From contig OZ244999.1 in NCBI GenBank assembly GCA_965223265.1, forward strand, positions 2,112,001-2,176,000: DNA of 64,000 nucleotides, given 5' to 3'. A model generated the notes under the pieces. It was given only the letters and a program-made list of their open reading frames with translations, was not told the DNA's origin and did not search any database. A program made the translations under genes and the position numbers. Of the stretch, positions 55,637 through 64,000 are shown piece by piece (position 1 is the stretch's first letter; each line of letters starts with the position of its first letter). This DNA is from Planctomycetota bacterium (GTDB lineage Bacteria > Planctomycetota > UBA8108 > SXIK01).

Positions 55637-58411
55637 ATGTTGACTCCGATTGTTGGAGTGGACGCACGACGCGCCTTGGCGTTGTGCCTGACTGCTATGC
55701 TTCTCTGGACTCTTGGCTGCGGAAGTCAGGAGTCGATTAGCGAGCGGCGTCGGCAGGCGCAAAGGCAGTTGCCGACGCGTGGCGCGAGCGAGTCAGAGCC
55801 GGTTGGCGAGACGAGCGCGCCAGTCGTCGACCAGCGCGAGGACGGTGCTGCGAGCGACGGCCGCGATGAGCTTGACGCACTCGGTCTCGACGACGATGCG
55901 GACCTCGACGAGCCGGACGATTTCGCCGATGCGGGTGACCGTGGGCGCGTTCGAGAGGGCGGCCGGGAGTCGCAGGCTCTGGAGCATTTCCGCCGACAGC
56001 TCTCGCTGCGGGAAAAAGAAGCGCGCTACCACAAGAAGGCAGGCGATGGCTTTTACCAGCAGGGGCGATTTGAGGATGCCGTCGCGAGTTATCGACGCGC
56101 TCTCGACCTCGACCCGGGTTTCGAGGCGGCACGTGAGCGGTTACTCGACACGCAAGAGATTCTCGGTGATCGCCCTGCCGCAGTATCGAACGCTCCCAAC
56201 CTGATTGAAGAAGAAAGAATTCGCCGCGAACAGAGAACGATCGAAATCAACCGCGCGCTTCGCGACGGCGAGGAAGCCTTCAACCGCGGCGAGGTTGACG
56301 AGGCGGAGCGGCTCGTGCAGCGGGCCGTCGATGCGATTCGAACTGATCCTGATTACGATCCAGATCAGCGCGCGCGGGCGCAGAATCTGCTGGAGCAGAT
56401 TCGTTCCCAAATGGAAGAGGTTGCCGCTGTCGTGCGAGACCAGCAACTCCAAGAAGCGCAGCGCCAGCAACAACACGAGCTCGAGGCGGAAGAACGGCGC
56501 AAGCATGAGCGAGTTCAGGTGCTTCTGCGAAAGGCTCTCGATCTTCGTCGCAAGCGTCGCTATCAGCAAGCTGTCGTCGTTTGTGAGCAGATTCTGACGA
56601 TCGAACCGGCGAACCGAATTGCTCGGTTTTGGCTCAACTCGTCGAACGAGGAGCTGATCAAGGAGCGACGTCTACGCTTAATCCACGATCGCGATATCAA
56701 CCGCAAGCTGCTCAACGAGAACATGCGTGAGGGCTCGATTCCCTACAACGACGTTTTCGTGTTTCCGGATGCCGACGACTGGGAGCGTACACGCAGCCGC
56801 TCTTCCACTCTGCAGTTCGGTACCGAGACTGTTGACTCGGAGCCGGTGCGGCGCATCAAGTCGATTCTGGAAAGTCGGCAGATGGACCTGCCGTATGACG
56901 AGGCCACCCCGCTGAGCGATATCATCGCAGACTTCAGGAATCTCCTCGGCATCAACATTGCGATCGATCCCGAGATCAACACCGACGAGAACCCGATTAG
57001 CATCAACGTTCAGAACGTGTCCGCCAAGAACGCTCTGAATCACGTGCTCGAGAAAGCCGGTCTTGGCTATAGCTTCCGAGACAACCTGCTGTACATCACG
57101 GCGCCTGAGAAAGCGACAGGTGACCTCAAGTTCGAGATCTACGACGTCTCGGATATTCTCAACAGCATCCGCGATTTCGCCGGTCCAGAGCTGCAGCTGA
57201 GGAGTCCTGGCGACACCACCTCCGGGGAACAGTCCATTGTCTTCACCGACGATCCGGGTGAGGCTGGCGATCAGACGATCGACTCCGATCAACTCATGGA
57301 GCTCATCGAAGGCAGCACCGGTGGTGAAGATGCATGGGGCGACCAGAACTCGATGGAGGAGCACAACGGCAGCCTCCTAGTGACTGCGTCTGCCGACATG
57401 CACGCGGGGATCGAACGCGTCCTCGCCAACCTTCGAAAGGACTCGGATCTCTTCGTCGTGATCGAGGCGCGGTTCATTGATATCAACGACGATTTTCTCG
57501 AGGACGTGGGTATCGACTCTCGAGCGCTCGGCGTCGTCAATAACTTTGGAACGCCGTTTGGAAACGTCATCAATGACACGAGAACCGGTGGCCAAGACCT
57601 CGGTTTCTCTAAGACTGGAAGCCCCACGCGCGACGTGACCCTGATCATGGGCCAGGACCGCTGGGCGGGTCGTATCGCCCACGTGATTGATGGCTTCACT
57701 GGCAGTTTCCGCCGTAACGGAAACCTGAACGCCGGTGGTGGAATCGGCGGTTTGACCCTTCAGCAAACTTGGCTCGAGCCGTTTCAGATCAACACGATTC
57801 TACGTGCGGTTCAGGAGCGTGCGGACGTGCGCCAACTTACGGCGCCAGTCGTGACCGCTGCGAACAATCAGCGCGTCTACGTGTCGGTCATCACCCAACG
57901 TGCGTACATCGCCGACTACGAGCTGGTCTCCGGTGGTACCGGTTTTGCGATCATCGAGGTCGCGGACCCGGTTGTTCAGACTTTCCAAGAGGGTGTGATC
58001 CTCGACGTCGAGCCGGTGATCTCCCACGACAAGAAGTACGTAACGCTCGACGTCAGGCCAACGCTTGCAACGTTGATCGGTGGCATTATCAGCACGATCA
58101 ATATCAGCCTAGGAAGCTTTACGAACGTCGCGTTCCAGGTGCCCATTGGCATCCCGGAGATCTCGCTCCAGCAGTCGTTCACCTCGGTCACGGTGCCGAA
58201 CCGTGGCACGGTCCTTTTGGGTGGGTTCAAGAGCCTCGACGAAGGTCAGTGGAAGTCGTACCTGCCGATCCTTGGGGACATCCCTCTTTTCGGGAATCTG
58301 TTCCGCAGGAAATCGACCGTGTCGGAAAAGCGGAGCTTAGTGATTCTGCTGTCAGCGACCATCGTCGATCTTCGCGTCTCCGAGAAGCAGAAGTTCAACG
58401 AAGCCGATTGA
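55637..58411 (+). CDS. Secretin-family (GspD/PilQ-like) lipoprotein with TPR region, paralogue 2
   Basis: AAGGAG RBS; lipobox TLGC; TPRs; VIEARFIDI.DDFLEDVGID, LTAPVVTAANNQ, GVILDVEPVIS.D, TSVTVPNRGTVLLGG, LPILGDIPLFGNLF. Confidence 0.9.
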   Translation: MLTPIVGVDARRALALCLTAMLLWTLGCGSQESISERRRQAQRQLPTRGASESEPVGETSAPVVDQREDGAASDGRDELDALGLDDDADLDEPDDFADAGDRGRVREGGRESQALEHFRRQLSLREKEARYHKKAGDGFYQQGRFEDAVASYRRALDLDPGFEAARERLLDTQEILGDRPAAVSNAPNLIEEERIRREQRTIEINRALRDGEEAFNRGEVDEAERLVQRAVDAIRTDPDYDPDQRARAQNLLEQIRSQMEEVAAVVRDQQLQEAQRQQQHELEAEERRKHERVQVLLRKALDLRRKRRYQQAVVVCEQILTIEPANRIARFWLNSSNEELIKERRLRLIHDRDINRKLLNENMREGSIPYNDVFVFPDADDWERTRSRSSTLQFGTETVDSEPVRRIKSILESRQMDLPYDEATPLSDIIADFRNLLGINIAIDPEINTDENPISINVQNVSAKNALNHVLEKAGLGYSFRDNLLYITAPEKATGDLKFEIYDVSDILNSIRDFAGPELQLRSPGDTTSGEQSIVFTDDPGEAGDQTIDSDQLMELIEGSTGGEDAWGDQNSMEEHNGSLLVTASADMHAGIERVLANLRKDSDLFVVIEARFIDINDDFLEDVGIDSRALGVVNNFGTPFGNVINDTRTGGQDLGFSKTGSPTRDVTLIMGQDRWAGRIAHVIDGFTGSFRRNGNLNAGGGIGGLTLQQTWLEPFQINTILRAVQERADVRQLTAPVVTAANNQRVYVSVITQRAYIADYELVSGGTGFAIIEVADPVVQTFQEGVILDVEPVISHDKKYVTLDVRPTLATLIGGIISTINISLGSFTNVAFQVPIGIPEISLQQSFTSVTVPNRGTVLLGGFKSLDEGQWKSYLPILGDIPLFGNLFRRKSTVSEKRSLVILLSATIVDLRVSEKQKFNEAD

Positions 58412-58441
58412 CATCGCCTCCAAGCGGTAGCAACTGTTGAG

Positions 58442-58487
58442 AAAAAATGCTCCAGGCCAGACGAAACGTCGAGCCTGGAGCGTTTTT
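58442..58487 (+). terminator. Intrinsic terminator closing the secretin locus
   Basis: AAAAAA-TGCTCCAGGC ... GCCTGGAGCG-TTTTT about 30 nt after the stop. Confidence 0.8.
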
Positions 58488-58981
58488 GTTGCTGCGCACT
58501 CTTGAGACGTGCGGAAGTCTCTTGATCTTTGTGAGCTTCCCAGGCCTGGCGTGATTCTCTCTTCTGCACGCCAGCTCGCCAGGGAGCGTCTCCGATTCGT
58601 GGCGCGCAGAGCCTGGCCTGCCTGAGCTGTGCTGAGTTGCAGGCGAAGTCCGCGCTGTAACATTATCTCCCCTTCTCGCTGGGCCTGTCGGGCGGCATGG
58701 CGACCTGGTGTGCCAGGAAACTCCGATGCGGTCCCTGTCCCTCGAAGAAGATGATTCGCTCGAGACTGCTCTCTTCGCGGCGTGGAGATGGTTCGTGCTT
58801 GCCCGGCGGTTTGGGCGTGGAGGGAGCGGTTTTCGGCTCCGAGCGCTTTTCGGCAGGCCGCTGGGACGTTCTTTGCGGCTTGTGGAACGTGGTGACAGGT
58901 TGCTGAGAAAACCAACGACTGCCGATATGATGTTGGATGGAGTGATTATAAATTCAACCCTAGACGGAGTGACCGGCGAGC

Positions 58982-59704
58982 ATGTCTCCTCCCCTGCGTG
59001 GGATCTTTTTCGACATTGACGACACGCTCTGCTGCACCAGCGAGTTCACCGAGAAGGCCCGCTCGGCGGCGCTCGACGCCATGATCGAGGCGGGATTGGC
59101 TGTCGACAAGCAGCTACTCGAAGAAGAGCTTGCGGAGGTGATCAAAGAGTTCTCATCGAACTACGAGCATCACCTCGACAAGCTTCTTGTCCGCATTCCA
59201 CGGCGCCACTACCGAGGTATGAACACTGCGGTCCTGATCGCGGCCGGGGTCATCGCCTACCACGAGAATAAGATGCGATATCTCGCACCGTACGAGGACG
59301 CCTACGAAGTCTTGAAGTTGCTGTCGAAAACCGACCTCGTCCTCGGCGTGATCACGGAAGGACTGGAGGTCAAGCAAGCTGAAAAACTCGTGCGCATGCG
59401 GGTGCACAATTTTCTCACCCCGAACGCGATTTTTGTCTCCAATCAGATCGGTATCTCGAAGCCTAACCCTAAGATTTACCAGCGTGCGTGCAGCGATCTT
59501 AATTTGCGCCCTACGGAAGTGATGTACGTCGGTGACAACCCGCAAAATGACATCGACCCACCAAACAAGATCGGCATGATGTCGGCACGCATGCGTCGCG
59601 GCAAGTACGCCCAGCTGGAGAGCGAAACCCCCGCGAACATCGACGTTCAGAACTTTTGGGATCTTCTCGACCACCTCAGGCAAGAGTTTTCTCTCGACGT
59701 TTGA
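58982..59704 (+). CDS. HAD superfamily hydrolase (subfamily IA)
   Basis: FFDIDDTL, ITEG, KPNP, YVGDNPQNDI. Confidence 0.92.
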   Translation: MSPPLRGIFFDIDDTLCCTSEFTEKARSAALDAMIEAGLAVDKQLLEEELAEVIKEFSSNYEHHLDKLLVRIPRRHYRGMNTAVLIAAGVIAYHENKMRYLAPYEDAYEVLKLLSKTDLVLGVITEGLEVKQAEKLVRMRVHNFLTPNAIFVSNQIGISKPNPKIYQRACSDLNLRPTEVMYVGDNPQNDIDPPNKIGMMSARMRRGKYAQLESETPANIDVQNFWDLLDHLRQEFSLDV

Positions 59705-59749
59705 CGCGAAGACTCGAGGGTGGCGGCGCTAGAGCGACGACAAACGCTA

Positions 59750-59913
59750 CAGCCCCATCGCAACGTCATTCGGCCGAGAATCTCGGCTTTTCACGCCCCG
59801 TTCGGAGTCCCCATAGTCGCTGCAACACATGGAGTCGGAGATTCTGCGGTCGGGGTGGCTGAACTGGACCGGAAGAGACTAATGTTCGAATCTAAACACT
59901 TTTCAATAGGCCG
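59750..59913 (-). repeat. Decayed copy of the 159-bp MITE
   Basis: Collinear with copy B: CAGCCC, GTCATTCGGC.GAGAA, TTCACGCCC, TCGGAGATT, GGCTGA.CTGGAC, GAAG.GAC, CACTTTTCAA.AGGC.G. Confidence 0.78.
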
Positions 59914-59931
59914 CTCAGCCAAGGCTCCGTC

Positions 59932-60969
59932 GTGACCACCAGAGGCGTTCGACTCCCGATCAGCGTTGTGATCCCTCTCCTCAACGAGAGAGAAAGCTTG
60001 CCCGAGTTGCACGCTCGCCTTCGGGAACACCTACCTTCTTCTGCGGAGCTCATCTTCGTCGACGACGGAAGCACGGACGGCAGTGACCAAATCCTTCACG
60101 AGTTGCAGAGGGAAGATGAAGAGGTGGTTGTGATCCGCTTGCGACGTAACTTCGGCAAAGCCGTAGCTCTCGCAGCTGGCTTTCGCCAAGCGCGTGGCAG
60201 TTTGATCGCCATGAGCGATGCGGATTTGCAAGACAGCCCTCAGGAGATCATGAAGGTTGCTGCGAAGATTGACGAAGGGTTCGACCTTGTCAGCGGTTGG
60301 CGACGTCGGCGTCAAGACTCGACGATCAAGGTGTGGGGGTCTTGGGTTTTCAACTGGATCGTTAGCGTCGTCGCAGGCATACGGGTTCATGATGTGAACT
60401 GCGGCCTCAAAGTCATGAGACGTGAGGTTGTGCGCAGCGTCCAACTCTCCGTTGGGTTTCATCGATTCATTCCTTTGCTGGCACACTGGCGCGGCTTTCG
60501 CGTCACTGAAGTCGAAGTCGATCACGCGCCGCGACGATTCGGTCGTTCGCGCTATGGGACGGATCGTGCTCTGCGAGGTCTTCTCGACTTGACTGTGCTC
60601 CTGTTCCTCAATCGCTTCGAGCGGCGACCAGGACGTTTCTTTCTCGTCCTCGGAGGAGGGCTCGGATGTTTCGGCTTTGCGATTTGTCTGCAGCTGGCCT
60701 GCGTGTGGTTCGCAACGGGCAGCATTCAGAGCCGATTTCCGCGGCTGGCGCTTGGCCTCGTCTTGATGGTTGTCGGCGTACAAGTCTTCTCCATGGGGCT
60801 GTTTGGCGAACTCCTCGCGCAGCAGTTTCGAGCTCTTGGCAAAGCGGAACCTGCCGCCGTCGTGTTCCGTGGTGGTCGACGCACACCCTCCCGCCGCCGG
60901 CGACGTCGACCGCGAGGGAAAGCGCGCTCCGAGGCGATGCGCGACGGTGACGCAGGGGATGCACTTTGA
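59932..60969 (+). CDS. GT2 polyprenol-phosphate glycosyltransferase (ArnC/GtrB/DPM1-like)
   Basis: VVIPLLNE, VDDGSTDGS, RNFGKAVAL, DADLQD, DVNCGLK, two C-terminal TM helices. Confidence 0.92.
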   Translation: MTTRGVRLPISVVIPLLNERESLPELHARLREHLPSSAELIFVDDGSTDGSDQILHELQREDEEVVVIRLRRNFGKAVALAAGFRQARGSLIAMSDADLQDSPQEIMKVAAKIDEGFDLVSGWRRRRQDSTIKVWGSWVFNWIVSVVAGIRVHDVNCGLKVMRREVVRSVQLSVGFHRFIPLLAHWRGFRVTEVEVDHAPRRFGRSRYGTDRALRGLLDLTVLLFLNRFERRPGRFFLVLGGGLGCFGFAICLQLACVWFATGSIQSRFPRLALGLVLMVVGVQVFSMGLFGELLAQQFRALGKAEPAAVVFRGGRRTPSRRRRRRPRGKARSEAMRDGDAGDAL

Positions 60970-62342
60970 TCCCTGCCGTCGCCGATTCTCAGGCTGGCAT
61001 TCGCACTGTGCTACCGTCGCGACGCGAGGGGCTGCGTCGGCTGATGGTGCTTTCGGCGGCGTACCCGTCGCCAGCAGAGCCACAGCGCGGCGTCTTCATC
61101 GAGAATCTCAACAGTGAGCTGATCGTGCACCTAGATCCTCCGTGCGCTCTCACAGTGGTTGCCCCTCGAGTTCACCGAGCCGACCCGACACGTGAGACTC
61201 GGCGCCGCGGCGTTCGCGTGCTGCGCTTTCGGTATCCCGGGGGCGGGCGACGCCTCAAGGAACTTGCCCGCCCGGGGATTCTCCTTCTGGCACTCTACTG
61301 CGTCTCCGCTTGGTGCACGGTCATGCGAGCGTCGATTCGGCGCCGTCCGGATGTGATGGTCGCCCATTGGGTGTTACCCATGGGACTCATCGCGGCTGCG
61401 GCGTCGCTGTTCGTGCGTTGTCCGTTTGTCGTCTTCGCTCATGGCTCAGACATCTACCGCTACACCGTCGGAGACGGACAGCGCGCTTCGCTGCAGCGCT
61501 GGCTCGCGAAATGGACCCTACGGAGGGCACACCGCGTCTTTGCTGTCAGCCGTGAACTCGAGGAGATCCTCTGGCGCCGTTTTCGCGTGCCGCTCGAGCG
61601 TCTGCGGCATTTACCCATGGGAGTTGACGAGCGTTACTTTGGGAGCGAGGCGGCAGGCAGCGTCGAGAGTGATGCGGCGACTCACCCCTCTTCCGACGAC
61701 GAGTCGTGTCGACACACCGCAGCCGAGTCCTCGACACTGACGCCGGTGTGTCGATCGACGGGGGCGCCCGGATCTACACCTGCCACCCGTGTGCTCTTTG
61801 TCGGCGATCTCGTCGCCGCGAAAGGCGTCGCCGAGCTCGTGCAGGTCTGGCGATCGTTGGCCCCGGGCTACCCGGGGCTGCAGCTTTGCTTTCTCGGCGA
61901 TGGGCCGCTTGCGGCTCTCGTGAAAGCGGAGCTCGACGACCTGATCGGGACTGCGCAGGTGCTCGTCTGCGGCCGAGTGGAGCAGAAGGAACTGGCGTCG
62001 TGGTACCGCAGCTCCGACCTCCTCGTCTTGCCGTCGCATTCCGAAGGCACTCCGGTCGTCGTGCTTGAGGCGTTGTCCTGCGGTCTGCCGGTCGTGGCCA
62101 CGCGCGTCGGCGGCATTCCGGAGGTCGTGGCGGATGGCAAGACGGGGCGAATCATTCCGCCGCGCTCGCCACAGGTGCTCGAGATGACGCTCAAGACGCT
62201 TCTTGTCGATTCTCCATCGCTACTGGCAACGATGCGCCAACACCTGCGGACGAATCCTCCTCGCCTTGGCGCCCGAGTGCGCGCGCGTCAGGCGGCAGAC
62301 GAGCTGCGACGTATTCTCGAGGAGCGGGCGCATGGCGTTTGA
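60966..62342 (+). CDS. GT4 family glycosyltransferase
   Basis: AHWVLP, HGSD, LFVGDL...KG, LPSHSEGTPVVVLEALSCGLPVVATRVGG; start uncertain. Confidence 0.92.
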   Translation: MIPAVADSQAGIRTVLPSRREGLRRLMVLSAAYPSPAEPQRGVFIENLNSELIVHLDPPCALTVVAPRVHRADPTRETRRRGVRVLRFRYPGGGRRLKELARPGILLLALYCVSAWCTVMRASIRRRPDVMVAHWVLPMGLIAAAASLFVRCPFVVFAHGSDIYRYTVGDGQRASLQRWLAKWTLRRAHRVFAVSRELEEILWRRFRVPLERLRHLPMGVDERYFGSEAAGSVESDAATHPSSDDESCRHTAAESSTLTPVCRSTGAPGSTPATRVLFVGDLVAAKGVAELVQVWRSLAPGYPGLQLCFLGDGPLAALVKAELDDLIGTAQVLVCGRVEQKELASWYRSSDLLVLPSHSEGTPVVVLEALSCGLPVVATRVGGIPEVVADGKTGRIIPPRSPQVLEMTLKTLLVDSPSLLATMRQHLRTNPPRLGARVRARQAADELRRILEERAHGV

Positions 62343-63045
62343 CCCGCAGAGGTACTACGACGATTACTGGCGTTCGCGCGGCGACGAGCGAACGGCCGCG
62401 CGTAGCCGCGAGCGGGCGCAGGCGGTGCTGGCGTTGCTGGGGCCCGCGCGCAACCGGCGGCTGCTGGAGATCGGCTGCGGTCCGGGGTGGGCCCTGAAGA
62501 TGTTCGTTGACGCCGGGTTCGACGCTCGCGGTGTTGACGTCTCGTCAGACGCCGTCGAAAGGGCCAGGGCGGCGGGGCTGAGGGCGATCGTCGGCGACGC
62601 TGAGTCGGACGTCCTCTGCTCGAAACCCGGCGCCGGCGAAACTCCTGAGATCGCGGACGTCGTCGTTGCGCTCGAGGTTCTTGAGCACCTTGTCGATCCA
62701 GCTGCAGCGCTGCAGCGGATGCGCCAACTGCTGACGCCCGGAGGTCGGCTTGTGGTCTCACTGCCCAACGAAGTCGCGCTACCGGCGCGGCTGTCGATCT
62801 TGTGGGGGCGGCTGCCGTTTGGCGGCCACGCGGATCCGCACGTCAGACACTTCGACCGTCGACGCGCGCTCGAGCTCTTTGATGCCGTCGGCCTTTCCGT
62901 TGTCGCTACACGGCCGATGCCTCTCGTTCCGCCTCGATGGCGTCTGCTGCAAGCGCTGATGATGCCAGCGACTAGTCTGTTTCCCGGCAGCTTCGCGATT
63001 GCTACAGTCTTTCTGTTGTGCGCTGAGGAGAGCGGTGCAGCGTAA
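62332..63045 (+). CDS. Class I SAM-dependent methyltransferase
   Basis: LLEIGCGPG, GVDVS, EVLEHL, LTPGGRLVVSLPN; ATG 62332. Confidence 0.9.
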   Translation: MAFDPQRYYDDYWRSRGDERTAARSRERAQAVLALLGPARNRRLLEIGCGPGWALKMFVDAGFDARGVDVSSDAVERARAAGLRAIVGDAESDVLCSKPGAGETPEIADVVVALEVLEHLVDPAAALQRMRQLLTPGGRLVVSLPNEVALPARLSILWGRLPFGGHADPHVRHFDRRRALELFDAVGLSVVATRPMPLVPPRWRLLQALMMPATSLFPGSFAIATVFLLCAEESGAA

Positions 63046-64000
63046 TCTCACGCGATACTATCCCTGGTTGGTCGGTGTGGTGCTTGTCGCCGCTGCGGCG
63101 CTTCCCTACGGGGGGGTGCTCAATGCGCCGTTTGTTTTCGACGACATCAAACTCGTCCGCGACAACGCCTTTCTTCGCGGCGCGATTGAAGAGCCGTCCG
63201 CCGTCATCGAAACGTTCGACATCACCTCGAACCGATGGGCTGACGAGGAGCTGCGGCCCAATTACAGACCACTGCGGTTCCTCTCCTATTTCGTCGACTA
63301 TTGGCTCACAGTGAGCTGGTACGGCAAGGCGGCAGCGGAGGACTTGCCAACGTTCTTTTTTCACTTCACGAACGTACTGTTTCACGTCTTGAATGCTCTG
63401 CTCGTCTTTGCTCTGGCGCGCGTGCTGCTGACAGACTGTTCGCAAGGTGAGACAGTGTCAGGTGCGAAGAAGAGAGCTCCGTCTCCTGCGATACTCTTTG
63501 GTGCCACCGCAGCGGGCGTTCTTTTCGCGCTCCACCCTTTACAGACAGAAGCAGTGACGTATATCTCCGGGCGGCGTGATGTACTCTCGACTTCGCTCTT
63601 TCTTGGCGCGCTCTTGCTTTCAGTGCGCGCACTGCCGACGCGGCCGGTAGGTTGGCTGGCCTTGTTCGCAGCGCCGCTCCTCTTTGTCGGTGGCATGCTG
63701 ACAAAGGAGATGGTGATCACGTTGGCGCCTCTCCTCGCGGTCGTTGATTGGCTCCGCGGCGCGAAGCCTCTGCGGCGACGCGTGGCGCTTCACTCTGCGC
63801 TGTGGGTCTTGACTGCCGCTTTCATCGTCTTGACGCTGAACAACCGCGCGCTCATTGCGTCGGCAGCGCTCGGTGAGAGTGAGAGCGCGTTTTGGACTGC
63901 CTCACGGTATGTCGCGCGATACTTGGGCCTTTTGGCTTTCCCGGTCGGGCAAAGCATCGACTACAGTTTCGCCGCATTGACACCGTCGACCGGACCCACT
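63035..64000 (+). CDS. TMTC-like GT-C membrane glycosyltransferase (3' truncated; absent from the ORF track)
   Basis: Manual translation from GTG 63035: ...FVFDDIKLVRDN...YRPLRFLSY...FHFTNVLFHVLN...LFALHPLQTEAVTYISGRRD...KE. Confidence 0.85.
   Translation, partial: MQRNLTRYYPWLVGVVLVAAAALPYGGVLNAPFVFDDIKLVRDNAFLRGAIEEPSAVIETFDITSNRWADEELRPNYRPLRFLSYFVDYWLTVSWYGKAAAEDLPTFFFHFTNVLFHVLNALLVFALARVLLTDCSQGETVSGAKKRAPSPAILFGATAAGVLFALHPLQTEAVTYISGRRDVLSTSLFLGALLLSVRALPTRPVGWLALFAAPLLFVGGMLTKEMVITLAPLLAVVDWLRGAKPLRRRVALHSALWVLTAAFIVLTLNNRALIASAALGESESAFWTASRYVARYLGLLAFPVGQSIDYSFAALTPSTGPT

Noticed and set aside
58428-58452. TAG-CAACTGTTGAGAAAAAATGC resembling a MITE end
   Set aside because: Several mismatches and indels, no continuation; the A-tract is explained by the terminator
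58490-58981. ORFs 58352-58915(-) and 58708-59019(+) between secretin 2 and the HAD gene
   Set aside because: No recognisable motifs; they overlap real genes and probably represent non-coding DNA

Overview
High-GC bacterial chromosomal window. Gene content suggests the PVC superphylum, probably Planctomycetota (inference only). In order it contains: the 3' part of a complex I operon that goes directly from nuoD to nuoH-N with no nuoEFG; a coupled hypothetical gene; a HEAT/VWA protein; a thiolase + multifunctional enzyme beta-oxidation pair; a Ser/Thr kinase; a zincin-motif protein; housekeeping genes (aroA, mnmG, Nudix, der, ruvC, purC, purE, mtnA, comEC, lptD-like, coaD, mtaB, family-4 UDG); a 17-kb envelope locus; and a HAD/glycosylation cluster cut by the window end. 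The best candidate for a novel system is 41543-58411: a PilM-PilN fusion, a PilO-like protein, an FN3-like protein, TPR-secretin 1, two TPR proteins, ExbB + 2x ExbD and a paralogous TPR-secretin 2. No ATPase, PilC, pilin or TonB gene is visible there, which suggests a proton-motive-force-driven secretin machine. The window also holds a 159-bp hairpin MITE family (two identical copies with YTAG target duplications, two decayed copies, one solo end) and candidate structured RNAs upstream of ruvC and of secretin 1. All calls come from reading motifs by eye; no database searches were run.
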